Below, piece by piece: positions 1-9,442 of a stretch of 64,000 nucleotides of DNA. The translations under genes were made by a program, and so were the position numbers. Under the pieces are notes generated by a model, which was not told the DNA's origin, searched no databases, and worked only from the letters and a program-made list of their open reading frames with translations. The stretch comes from an uncultured virus (IMG/VR IMGVR_UViG_3300029305_007917) (lineage: Duplodnaviria; Heunggongvirae; Uroviricota; Caudoviricetes): the IMG/VR virus record IMGVR_UViG_3300029305_007917; one strand, written 5' to 3'. Each line of letters starts with the position of its first letter. The first letter of the stretch is position 1.

Positions 1-961
1 TGTTTTCACAAGCATAGTCACCATAAGTTATCTGCTTTTCAACTGATGAAGATGCAGGCAAATGCTGTGGGTTTCCGGTTATACCATACTTATAGTATTT
101 TGCATCAAGAATATAGAGCTTATTCTCGTACATCATTATCGTGTCGGGCTCCAATGCACTACTCTCAACCTTGCCGCCATTTATAATATGCCATTTTGCA
201 TGAGGGAAGTATTGCTCTTTGTTGTTTTCACCGAAAACATAATCAATCATTTTTTCCCATACATATTCAAAGTGTTCAACACCAAAAGCAGCAACATCAG
301 TATCATCAACACTTTCACTTTTATTGCTGATAATGTTAATCATACTTTGAAACAACAATCGTTTGTTGGTGTTAAAAGTGCTATTAAGAGCATCTTGTAA
401 CACGGTCAAGAATTTCCTTTTATTAAATTTTATATCTGGTTTCTTGGGGAGAGTGTTACTTGATAAATATAACCACCCTAATTTTTCAAAGCTCTCTCTT
501 ACACAGTATTCGTGAATTTTGGTTAGAAGGTTGTTAGTGTTGGTCTTATCTACCTTGACAATAAAATCTAAATAGACAAGGTTACCATTGTTATAAACAG
601 GCTTTTTGTTTTGGATTGTTCTCTTCCAATTCAGCTTTCCCTTTTTACCATCTTTGTATTGAGTTTCATGCTCAATGTAATATCCGTGAGCTAAAAAATC
701 TTTGATTATGTATTGGTACGAAAGAATTGGAAAAGATAGACTTGTTTCACCTTCAATAGTTTTATTACGCAGTCCGTCACGCCTTCCACCAAACTTTTGG
801 ATAGTCGCAAGAAGGCGTATGATATCTTTGCGGGTTTGCTCTTCATCATCAACCAAACTAAACCCTCTTGGAAAGGTAATACGAGGTTGACCATCAACAA
901 ATTTCAAACCCACAAAGTCATCGTATTCACTTTTGCTTACAGTACAAAAATCACGAAGCAT
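1..961 (-). CDS. LlaJI-family restriction endonuclease subunit (McrC-like, PD-(D/E)XK), allele 1; 3' end outside the window
   Basis: Collinear at offset 56687 with the complete 409-aa ORF 56419..57648; ATG at 961. Confidence 0.85.
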   Translation of the reverse strand, partial: MLRDFCTVSKSEYDDFVGLKFVDGQPRITFPRGFSLVDDEEQTRKDIIRLLATIQKFGGRRDGLRNKTIEGETSLSFPILSYQYIIKDFLAHGYYIEHETQYKDGKKGKLNWKRTIQNKKPVYNNGNLVYLDFIVKVDKTNTNNLLTKIHEYCVRESFEKLGWLYLSSNTLPKKPDIKFNKRKFLTVLQDALNSTFNTNKRLLFQSMINIISNKSESVDDTDVAAFGVEHFEYVWEKMIDYVFGENNKEQYFPHAKWHIINGGKVESSALEPDTIMMYENKLYILDAKYYKYGITGNPQHLPASSSVEKQITYGDYACEN

Positions 962-2214
962 AACACAATTTATCCTTTTAATTGCTCATATGAATCAACA
1001 ATTGCACTGACAACTGCATCTATGTCAGTTTCCACTGTTGCTTCAATTTTAAAGTAATGGTCATAATGTCCATTGTAAGGAATTTCAGAACCTAAATTTT
1101 GTAGTTCAATATTAGTTGGTTTTTCTATTTCAATTACAATTGAATTTGTTTTAAACTTTATCTCTGCATAAGATTTATTTTTGGGATTGTCGTTTGACCC
1201 CATACCGATGTATTGTTTGCTTGATGTAGTATATGTATATGTGTTAGGAACTTTTTCAATTACTTTTCCCCGTATAAGCATATACAAATCAACGAGAACT
1301 TGATTTTTGTTATTTAAATATTCAGCTTCATCAACTTTTTCTGTAGAATTCTCTACATATTCGTCAAAAGCTAAATTTGAATTGAATACTGAAAAACCTT
1401 TTGTTTCAAATGCTGATAATAAATCTTCCAAAGTCTTGTATTCTGAATTGAAAACAGTATCCCTGTCGTATTTAAATGCATCGTTCCACAAATACATGAG
1501 AACCTTTTCACCGAACACTTTTCTACTCTTCAAATCTTCTGATTTCACAAAATATGCGCCCAGACGATTGTCTTCGCTACTCAAATTACCATCGCTGACA
1601 TCAATAATTGTGTCATTGATTTTTTTAGCGAAGCTATACCAAGTAACATTAGTTCCTGCTATACACTCATTTGCGTGGTCACAAGCTGCCACATCGTTTT
1701 TAATACTGCGCATAACCCATCTGCGTTTAAAAGCTGTATCCAAAGTAAACACGTTTTGGTCTGCTGTATTCATAGTAGCTAAAATGGTGAGGTTCTTAGG
1801 GATTATGACCTCCTGTGTTTTATCCCCATATACATAATCCGCTATATCAAAATTAGTTATACCATATTCGCTTTCACCATTTTCACGGTCAAGGAGTTGG
1901 AATACCTCTCCGAATATTGCGGGGGCATTACCTCTGTTTATTTCTTCAATTACAAGGTAATGCATTCTTCCCTCGTTGTCATCGATTGCATCTTTCAAGA
2001 TTTTTGTGAAAGGCCCCGCAGTGAATTTGTATGTAATATTTTCTTCACCATTAATCTTGTTGATTACCGGTAAAATTTGACCTATAAAATCAGAATATGT
2101 GTAGTCAGGATGAAAAACAACTCTTTCCATAAATCTTTTATCATTGCAATATTCAGTCTTTATCGTATGGCTTTTACCACAACCGGGAACTCCATACAAA
2201 ATGACATTTTCTCC
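1..2214. repeat. Diverged direct repeat of 56688..58901 (nuclease plus AAA+/C-terminal part of the McrB-like gene)
   Basis: Same offset of 56687 at positions 1, 62, 961, 970 and 2214; high nucleotide similarity with many substitutions. Confidence 0.95.
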
Positions 2215-2982
2215 GACTTTATTACCAATAACATGATTTGATATTATTGATGAATGTTCTTGTGATTCTTCTATCTTTACTTTATCGATATTATATATTT
2301 TGAGTGCCCTTAACCTATTTAAATACTTTTCTTTTACTGAAGAGCTAATGGTATATCCACCACTAACAGAATCAAGTTCAGTTAAAAAACCCCAACGAAC
2401 TAACATAGTAATAGGCTTATTATCAGAATAATATGTCGGTGCGGTTTCAATTAAACTTATTTCTTCTATTCGTGCGTTTTTAATTGCTTCGATTGTTTCT
2501 GTATAATTTTTCTTTGAATCTTCTAAATACCACAGAAGTGCAACCATTTCCTTTTTGGTCATATAACCGAGGTCAATTATTCCACGAATAATCAATGCAG
2601 GCGGTTCGATATCCGAATCGCTATCAGGACAACCATAATTATAGCGCCCAAATATAGTATTCTCTAAAGCATACAACAAATCCTCAAACATGCCGTCTTT
2701 GTTATCGGAGCACCAATGTTCGTAAAAACGTTTTCCGAGAGCAGTTAACCTCCTGAATGAACGATTGTTAGTTATATCCTCCCACTCAATAAAACCAAAA
2801 TATGCGGGTATTTGGGCTTTCTTTGTATAAGCAGACCTATCTTGACCTGCACCAATTAACTGCATCAATCTTGGAGTATAGACTTCGTTTGAAAGCCAAT
2901 CATTCTCATCATAATAAACTTTCATAGCTGCTTTGATTTCATCCAAAATTGCACTATTTTTTGGCATTACAATTTTACTCAC
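970..2982 (-). CDS. McrB-like AAA+ GTPase subunit of LlaJI-type RM system, allele 1, with DUF5655-like C-terminal domain
   Basis: Walker A GVPGCGKS, FHPDYTYSDF, Walker B IEEINRG, McrB signature MNTAD; likely GTG start at 2982 after GGAGG (ORF track starts at 3003). Confidence 0.9.
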   Translation of the reverse strand: MSKIVMPKNSAILDEIKAAMKVYYDENDWLSNEVYTPRLMQLIGAGQDRSAYTKKAQIPAYFGFIEWEDITNNRSFRRLTALGKRFYEHWCSDNKDGMFEDLLYALENTIFGRYNYGCPDSDSDIEPPALIIRGIIDLGYMTKKEMVALLWYLEDSKKNYTETIEAIKNARIEEISLIETAPTYYSDNKPITMLVRWGFLTELDSVSGGYTISSSVKEKYLNRLRALKIYNIDKVKIEESQEHSSIISNHVIGNKVGENVILYGVPGCGKSHTIKTEYCNDKRFMERVVFHPDYTYSDFIGQILPVINKINGEENITYKFTAGPFTKILKDAIDDNEGRMHYLVIEEINRGNAPAIFGEVFQLLDRENGESEYGITNFDIADYVYGDKTQEVIIPKNLTILATMNTADQNVFTLDTAFKRRWVMRSIKNDVAACDHANECIAGTNVTWYSFAKKINDTIIDVSDGNLSSEDNRLGAYFVKSEDLKSRKVFGEKVLMYLWNDAFKYDRDTVFNSEYKTLEDLLSAFETKGFSVFNSNLAFDEYVENSTEKVDEAEYLNNKNQVLVDLYMLIRGKVIEKVPNTYTYTTSSKQYIGMGSNDNPKNKSYAEIKFKTNSIVIEIEKPTNIELQNLGSEIPYNGHYDHYFKIEATVETDIDAVVSAIVDSYEQLKG

Positions 2983-2984
2983 AG

Positions 2985-4133
2985 TTATGCCTCCTTTAAA
3001 CATTTTAGTAATTCAAGCATAATTTTTTTTACTAACAATGGTGGTATTCCCTCACCAATTACGTGTCTAATGAGTGTTTCACTTGCCCATTCAGGTATAC
3101 CCCAATCTGTAGGCAAAGAAGATACTATTAGCAACTCATAAATTGTTAAAACTCGAGGGTCGCTATATAAAACCTCGCCATCCTTTTGGTATTTATGACC
3201 GGGATGCACACAACACAATGATGAAATCACTCCATTGTTTTGCGTAATTGTTCTACTTGGTTTATCCCAATTATGTCTACGATAATGATTATAGTGAGCT
3301 GATATTCTTGTTCCATCAGCTTTTTTAGGATAGTAGTATTCATTGTTAGTTGCAGATTCCCCTGAAGGTGTGTGAAGCATCCACTCGACTTGCCTTTTGT
3401 TATGGGTTGGTGGAAAATGCCATTTAGAAATTTTAAGTGCCTCTTCTCGTTTAATTTCAAAATCAGGGAACATTTTTAACGTTTCTTCCATGCCCTCTTT
3501 AATATAAGGGTCAACTGACGGCAATTTCCCAATTGCATCTCTTAAAGTAACAATATTTTTGTCTTTTTCAGGAAAACTCCAAATAAAAGGATAGTTCGTT
3601 TTGGTGAGAAGAAAAATATTTCTTTCTCGCATCTGTGGAACCCCGTAGTCCATCGCTTTTATTAAGGTCTGTGTGTTGAACTTATATGTGTGACCTAATT
3701 CTTTTCTTAAATACTCGGGGATAAGCATTATTTCATTGTTTAATTTAATTTTTGTAACTAATGTTCTTGGAACATTTTCTATCATTGCAAATTCAGGTTC
3801 TAATCTTTTTATGATGTCTACAGCATAATATATTAGCTGATTTCTTTCATCAAAAGGGTCCATATTTCCGGCTATACTCATACCCTGACATGGAGGTGTA
3901 GCCAAAACAAAATTTACTCCTAAAGATTTAGCTCTATTCACAATGTTTGAACGAACATCCTCATTTGTGATATCTCCACAAACCATCTCTGTTTCCGGAT
4001 AAACATCAGCATAAAACTTTGCGCGTTCTGGTAACAATTCATTTGCTAAAACTATATCTACTCCAATTTGTTTCATATAAGCTTCAGCTATTCCTACATT
4101 AGAAAAAAGTGAAAGTCCTTTTAATTTACTCAT
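2985..4133 (-). CDS. C5 cytosine DNA methyltransferase (M2 of pair, allele 1)
   Basis: SLFSNVGIAE, ATPPCQGMS, ENV, PQMRER, IGEGIPP motifs. Confidence 0.92.
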   Translation of the reverse strand: MSKLKGLSLFSNVGIAEAYMKQIGVDIVLANELLPERAKFYADVYPETEMVCGDITNEDVRSNIVNRAKSLGVNFVLATPPCQGMSIAGNMDPFDERNQLIYYAVDIIKRLEPEFAMIENVPRTLVTKIKLNNEIMLIPEYLRKELGHTYKFNTQTLIKAMDYGVPQMRERNIFLLTKTNYPFIWSFPEKDKNIVTLRDAIGKLPSVDPYIKEGMEETLKMFPDFEIKREEALKISKWHFPPTHNKRQVEWMLHTPSGESATNNEYYYPKKADGTRISAHYNHYRRHNWDKPSRTITQNNGVISSLCCVHPGHKYQKDGEVLYSDPRVLTIYELLIVSSLPTDWGIPEWASETLIRHVIGEGIPPLLVKKIMLELLKCLKEA

Positions 4134-5277
4134 TTTCTATCTCCAATAAATTTTCCATAATTTTTTTCACCAATAACGGTGGGATACCTTCACCAATTAC
4201 TGACCTAATAAAGTTTTCGGAAAATCCTTTAGGCACATTCCAATTCCGTGGTAGAGAAAAAACAACAAACAATTCATATAGTGTTAGAACACGAGCATCA
4301 GAAAAAATATCATTGCCATTCACATCTTTTCCTATATAGCGCCCCGGATGAACGTTATCTTGAGAACCAATAGTTCTATTATACATAGTAACTGTCGCAC
4401 AAGGTCTATCCCATAAAAGCCTCTTATATGTATTTTTAAATCCACGTACTAAAGTTCCATCCTTTTTGCGGGGTTGAAACTCAGGAGCATTATCAAAAGC
4501 AGTCTGCCCTGTTGGTGTATGCATCATACTGTAAACTTGTCTATACACATGTTTGGGTGGATAATGCCATTTTGAAACCTTAAGACCTTCTTCTTTTTTT
4601 CGTTCAAAATCGGGGAAAATTTTCAGCATTTCTGTATACGAAATATCGTAAATTTCCGGGTCGAGAGAGGGTATATCCCCAATAGCTTCTTCAAGTGTAA
4701 CAACTTTTTCCTTTGGAGGGAAAGTCCACTGTTTATTCAAATCCTTTCTTACAAGAAGGATTATTGCCCTTTCTCTATTTTGTGGAACACCGTAATCTGC
4801 AGCATTAATAACCGATGTATTGTTAAAATTATAATCGCCTTGTAGCTCCATCTTGAGATAATCAGGTATGAGCATTTCCTCGTCATTATAAACTATGTAG
4901 GTAGTTAACTGTTCCGGTACATTTTCCAAAAAAACATATTTAGGTTTTACTGTTTTAATGACCTCAACAGCATGACAAATCAAAGTGTTACGAACATCCC
5001 ATTTTTCCTGCTTGCCTGCTGAACTCATGCCTTGGCATGGTGGTGTTGCCATAATTAAATCAACATTAGCTTCAATAGATTTATTACAAATTTCTTGCTT
5101 TATAGCTTTCTGTGTAATATCTCCTTCTATCATAACTGTGTTGGGATACATCTGTCTATAAAAAGCAACCCTTTTAGGTTCTATTTCATTTGCTACTTCA
5201 ACATCAATTCCTAATTCAGAAAAGTAGGTCTCTGCAATTCCGACATTTGCAAACAATGATAATACTTTTAATGCCAT
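4126..5277 (-). CDS. C5 cytosine DNA methyltransferase (M1 of pair, allele 1)
   Basis: SLFANVGIAE, ATPPCQGMS, ENV, PQNRER, IGEGIPP; clear paralogue of the downstream MTase. Confidence 0.92.
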   Translation of the reverse strand: MALKVLSLFANVGIAETYFSELGIDVEVANEIEPKRVAFYRQMYPNTVMIEGDITQKAIKQEICNKSIEANVDLIMATPPCQGMSSAGKQEKWDVRNTLICHAVEVIKTVKPKYVFLENVPEQLTTYIVYNDEEMLIPDYLKMELQGDYNFNNTSVINAADYGVPQNRERAIILLVRKDLNKQWTFPPKEKVVTLEEAIGDIPSLDPEIYDISYTEMLKIFPDFERKKEEGLKVSKWHYPPKHVYRQVYSMMHTPTGQTAFDNAPEFQPRKKDGTLVRGFKNTYKRLLWDRPCATVTMYNRTIGSQDNVHPGRYIGKDVNGNDIFSDARVLTLYELFVVFSLPRNWNVPKGFSENFIRSVIGEGIPPLLVKKIMENLLEIENE

Positions 5278-5279
5278 AA

Positions 5280-5498
5280 TTACACCTCAACTACCCATGA
5301 ATTTTCCAATGTTTCCGAATCTATGTTGTGTTCTTTGCAAAATACTACAAGTTTTTTCATAGCTGTAATGTTCGGTTTACTTTTTCCGCTTTCCCAACGA
5401 TTGACCGTATTACTTGCTACAGAAAGTTTAGCCGCAAATTCATCTTGTGTTAAAAAAGCTTTTTTACGTACAATTCTTACTTCATCTGCTAATTTCAT
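5280..5498 (-). CDS. XRE-family HTH regulator, possible RM controller protein
   Basis: LTQDEFAAKLSVASNTVNRWESGKSKP; ATG at 5498 after AGGAG; directly upstream of the MTases. Confidence 0.8.
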   Translation of the reverse strand: MKLADEVRIVRKKAFLTQDEFAAKLSVASNTVNRWESGKSKPNITAMKKLVVFCKEHNIDSETLENSWVVEV

Positions 5499-5582
5499 AT
5501 TTTTGACTCCTAATAAGATGTCCTTAAATTGTAACACAAAACGAACATCAAATCAACAAAAAACCAACATTATTATATGCGT

Positions 5583-6068
5583 TTAAATAATTCTTAAGAC
5601 TTTAACATTTTTTTCTTTAGCATAGTCCACAGTGTAAGCAGTCCCACCGCTATCCTTCGTAAGGTAACTGACACAAAGACTGCTGTTATCCACCAAATGA
5701 CGATTACGCTTGAACATACACTCCGGAGTGTAATTTTTTTCAACATAAACCACCTTATTTGCCCTTTTAAGAATATCATTGAAAACTTTGACATCCTTTT
5801 CCAACCAACCCTTAAATTGGTCATAACAAGGCAATACAAGGATGAGTTTAATATGTGGATGTTTTTCTTTAAGGTTCAGCACGGTTTGTGCAGCAAGAGT
5901 GTCAAAGCCTAATGCTCCTCCACAGCCAAAGTAACGATAACCCTGACTAATTAAATCATCAAGCAAATCTGTCAACTGTACTTTTAAGGCTTCATAGCGG
6001 TCCTGTGGAATGACTCTGTGACCGGTAAAGCAAACCGTGTGTAAGCGTTTCTCGTCTACCATAATCAA
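5583..6068 (-). CDS. YspA/DUF1273-like SLOG-family protein
   Basis: CFTGHR, GGALGFD, RNRHLVD, GGTAYTV motifs. Confidence 0.8.
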   Translation of the reverse strand: MIMVDEKRLHTVCFTGHRVIPQDRYEALKVQLTDLLDDLISQGYRYFGCGGALGFDTLAAQTVLNLKEKHPHIKLILVLPCYDQFKGWLEKDVKVFNDILKRANKVVYVEKNYTPECMFKRNRHLVDNSSLCVSYLTKDSGGTAYTVDYAKEKNVKVLRII

Positions 6069-6448
6069 TCATCCATAAACATTAAATATTCAGCGGCTCG
6101 TCCTGTGAGTCGTTTTCTTATTTCATCGTCTTTTTCGTGCAGAAGAAAAATCATCCTATCAATGATTTTCTGAACATCCCCATCGTTATAGCGTTTATCA
6201 AAACAACCATAACCTGAAAAATGGTCTTCTCGTAGAAGCATTGTTAATAAAGCACAACACAAATCAAAATCTGCAGTATCGACACGCATTAACTCTTCAT
6301 CACAATTGATGGGTGCTGTTGTCATAAAATCATAATAGTTATATTTTATTAAACCTTCTTTTTCCAAAAGTTCATAGTAGTAATCTGAAAAGCAACAAGG
6401 CATCTGTGGTTTGATTTTCAGCTTTTCAATCATTTCTTTGATAGCCAT
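6065..6448 (-). CDS. Hypothetical protein (DUF6508-like)
   Basis: LLTMLLREDHFS motif; conserved in second copy; RBS GAAGG. Confidence 0.65.
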   Translation of the reverse strand: MAIKEMIEKLKIKPQMPCCFSDYYYELLEKEGLIKYNYYDFMTTAPINCDEELMRVDTADFDLCCALLTMLLREDHFSGYGCFDKRYNDGDVQKIIDRMIFLLHEKDDEIRKRLTGRAAEYLMFMDD

Positions 6449-6646
6449 AAAGTAACAGCACCTTCCTTCTGTTTCCCATTAAATACAAATATATTATAAA
6501 CATCTTAATAGCATTAGTCAATTGCAGTATGTAGGTTCAGTCCCATTTTTCGGTCTTACAAAATCAAAAAAATTTTTTATTGTACACAAACCCTAATAAC
6601 ATCAAGGGTTATGAGATTTTTTGAAAAGAAATCGCAAAAATAGGGG

Positions 6647-6701
6647 TTGACAAAATCAAAAACCATCGCTACAATAGTAAGCACAACAGAACAAATGTTC
6701 G
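6647..6701 (+). promoter_or_regulatory. Sigma-A promoter with LexA (Cheo) box
   Basis: TTGACA(6647)-17 bp-TACAAT(6670); AGAACAAATGTTCG at 6688-6701 fits GAAC-N4-GTTC. Confidence 0.8.
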
Positions 6702-6738
6702 CTTAACAAGGGCAACATAAGAAACAAAGGAGGATGCA

Positions 6739-7401
6739 ATGGTTTTAACCTACCAAGAATTAAATGACATGGCTCAAAAAATAGTTGATGAATATCGTAG
6801 CCCCAACGACCACCCATACATCAACGTTAATATTGAAGAGCTCTTTAAAAAGTTGTACAACCTAAAATTTAAGTTTTGCGACTTGAGTGGCAACAGTTCC
6901 GTATTGGGACTTTTTTCATCTATACCTATAAGGTTCACCATTAAAGAAAATGGTATCTCCACTCTCATTCAACTTGATGGGCAAACTGCCCTCATTGATG
7001 AAAGCCTCTTACAAGATAAGTATACCGGTCGCAGAAACTTTACAATTGCACACGAAGGTGCTCATTACATTTTGAAACACATCCCCGGTGCCCCTTGGAT
7101 TGCTTATCGTGAAACAATCGACAAAGGCATCGTAACTGATTGGGCAGAATGGCAGGCAAACACTCTTGCATCGTGTTTATTAATGCCTGAAAACAGTGTC
7201 CGATATATATTTTGGAGTTTTTATGGCTCTGAACATCTTGAAAGAATATCACCATTCAACGAAGAGTTGTTTTGCCCATTTGTAGCAATGGCTGATTATT
7301 TCGGTGTCTCCAAAGAGGCACTTGCCATAAGGTTAAAAAAAATGGGATTGGTAGATGATGTTATGCTCTCTGCCACCATATCAATATTTAAGGAGGACTA
7401 A
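6739..7401 (+). CDS. ImmA/IrrE-family metallo-endopeptidase
   Basis: RRNFTIAHEGAH (HExxH), EWQANTLASCLLMP, C-terminal FGVSKEALAIRL. Confidence 0.9.
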   Translation: MVLTYQELNDMAQKIVDEYRSPNDHPYINVNIEELFKKLYNLKFKFCDLSGNSSVLGLFSSIPIRFTIKENGISTLIQLDGQTALIDESLLQDKYTGRRNFTIAHEGAHYILKHIPGAPWIAYRETIDKGIVTDWAEWQANTLASCLLMPENSVRYIFWSFYGSEHLERISPFNEELFCPFVAMADYFGVSKEALAIRLKKMGLVDDVMLSATISIFKED

Positions 7402-7403
7402 AA

Positions 7404-7592
7404 ATGAACGAAAAAGAATTCCAAATTAGCGTGTACTGTCCTGTATGTAAAAAAAGGGCAATTGACAAACTGTCACCAACTCAAGGTAAAGTGCGAATCA
7501 AATGTCCTCATTGTAAAAATTTAATCGTGGTTGACCTATCATTCCGGTTAAATTATAACCCCAATAAATATCGCACAACAAGAAGTGCATAA
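7404..7592 (+). CDS. Small zinc-ribbon protein (Com-like)
   Basis: CPVC...CPHC; RBS AGGAGG. Confidence 0.7.
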   Translation: MNEKEFQISVYCPVCKKRAIDKLSPTQGKVRIKCPHCKNLIVVDLSFRLNYNPNKYRTTRSA

Positions 7593-7638
7593 CTGAATCG
7601 GTCCGTGCAACGCATCCGCATTATGTCGTGATTGCAAA

Positions 7639-7709
7639 TAGCCGGTCATTCAGAGAATCGAATTATAGTTTTACGCTATAGTTCTATTCTTTGAGTGACC
7701 GGCTTTTTT
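7639..7709 (+). terminator. Long-stem intrinsic terminator
   Basis: AGCCGGTCATTCAGAGAAT pairs with ATTCTTTGAGTGACCGGCT (G-U allowed), then a T-run. Confidence 0.75.
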
Positions 7710-7715
7710 GTATTT

Positions 7716-8663
7716 TCAGAATGGTAAATCATCAAGGGTAAGAATTAGTCGTTGTTTTGTTGATTTTAAGAAATCGAACTCTTTATTAACTTCTTTAATG
7801 TAACTTTTTATTTCGTCGATTTTATACTTCAAAATCATAGCCTTTTCGTCAATTCTAATGTAGTCTCCTCTGCGGTTACCTATAGTTATTGAATTGCATA
7901 TTGCTGCATATCTCATAGGACTTCCATCGTCCCCTGAATTCATAAGAATTTCAGTCATTCCTTTACACTCACGATATTCATCTTGCAATGTCTGAATTTC
8001 TCTCAACTGATGCTCAAGTTTATCCGACAGTGCTAAAAGAGCAATTAAGTATGAGTCAACCAACGCACTTTTCTCACTGCAAGTTGATATTTCTCTTTGA
8101 ATAGCCAAACGAGTTATTTCGTAATTATGACGAACCTCTTCTAATTCGTACTTCACATACTTTATTTTTTCCAACAATTCTTGTAAAGACACTGTGTTTT
8201 GAGGTGGTATCAATTTTAAGTTTTCTGTTTCATCCAAATTCTCATTTGCGGGGGTCATTATATTTACTTTGTTTATAGATATTTTTTGTGTCTCTCTTTT
8301 TGGTTTCTTATCCAATTCTTCTATAAAGCTTTCATTAGAGATGGTTGGTTTTTCATTTAAATAATACCCAACACCATATTCACTACAAATTGCTTCTTTA
8401 CCGAGGGCATTTCGCAATTGTCTTATACAACCACGAATAGTGTCATTACAGTTTTTTTCAGCACCTTGGTACTCACCCCATAAACATTCATACATTTTTT
8501 CACGAGTGACTTTCCAATCGTGTATGCCCGCTTCAATCAAAAGTCTTAATATCTTTTGAGTTTGTGGGTATAAATGCTTTTTAGTGTTATGCACATATAA
8601 ATCGAGCGAATGACCATTATCAATAACTATTGCATCGTCATTTAATTTGTATCTTGTAGCCAT
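7716..8663 (-). CDS. Winged-helix (OmpR/PhoB-like) domain plus coiled-coil protein
   Basis: VTREKMYECLWG...IRQLRNALG...GVGYYL; heptad-rich C-terminal half. Confidence 0.6.
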   Translation of the reverse strand: MATRYKLNDDAIVIDNGHSLDLYVHNTKKHLYPQTQKILRLLIEAGIHDWKVTREKMYECLWGEYQGAEKNCNDTIRGCIRQLRNALGKEAICSEYGVGYYLNEKPTISNESFIEELDKKPKRETQKISINKVNIMTPANENLDETENLKLIPPQNTVSLQELLEKIKYVKYELEEVRHNYEITRLAIQREISTCSEKSALVDSYLIALLALSDKLEHQLREIQTLQDEYRECKGMTEILMNSGDDGSPMRYAAICNSITIGNRRGDYIRIDEKAMILKYKIDEIKSYIKEVNKEFDFLKSTKQRLILTLDDLPF

Positions 8664-9442
8664 ATGGTCACCTCTCTTACATAAACTATCACATTGTTCT
8701 CACAATTTTTTCACAAGTTTTTTCATTTTTGTATGCTGAAATATTAATAGGATAATTTTACCTAAAATTTCATCAAAAGTCAATGACAGCGTTGACCCAT
8801 CATTAATTGAAGATTTCGACAAAAGATAACATCGGTATTTATGATGAAGCCGGAAACATTATACATTCCTATGGCTATGTTACAACAACAATATAAATCT
8901 ACGAATATGATGATAATGACAACATTATTACCGGTGAATAAAGAGTCAAATTTCGACAACATTCTGCATAGAATGATATCAAGGACAAGCACTGCGGTGG
9001 TTTTAAGAATAACGCCACTCACTCTCTTAACTTTAGAATTGTTTATTTGTTACACGAGATTTGACCGCAACCTTTTATAAAAAATTTTTAATTTTTTTCA
9101 AAAATTGGTAGAAAAACCATTTTTGAATGAGCATTACAGTATTAGAACAGTAAATTCGGTTATAACCTTTTCGCTGCCTGCGTGAAGGATAACATATAAA
9201 AAATTAAATATCCAAGCTTGAGATGCGCATTAAAGCAAGGATACCACATAGCTCTACTGACTCTCTCTGAAAAGAGAGACAGAAACAGAGAACTCGGTAC
9301 CCTTTGACTTTGTGCGCCTTTTTTCATCTCTGCAGCAAACAAAGTGTATTTTTAAGCAGTCTCTGATGGTGAAATACCTACTTCAAATAGATACAGAGCT
9401 TGTGGTGTCCATAACTTTCAGCTTGGTAGAAAGGACACCATT

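Larger units (their letters stand above)
5600..7010. repeat. Direct repeat of about 62088..63498 (SLOG, DUF6508-like, SOS promoter, 5' half of ImmA-like gene)
   Basis: Offset 56488; near-identical toward the right end; identity stops after GAAAGCCTCTT. Confidence 0.95.

Noticed and set aside
1307..1837. Antisense ORFs conserved in both copies (also 62..400, 56749..57087, 57994..58518)
   Set aside because: Conservation is explained by the real genes on the opposite strand
970..3003. Methyl-dependent McrBC (Type IV) system
   Set aside because: Co-transcribed with two C5 MTases and an LlaJI-like nuclease, which fits a self-protecting LlaJI-type system
8780..9080. Short ORFs on both strands, including YD-like fragments (IYDEAGNII, IYEYDDNDNII)
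   Set aside because: No clear RBS, fragments interrupted by stops; at most a decayed remnant
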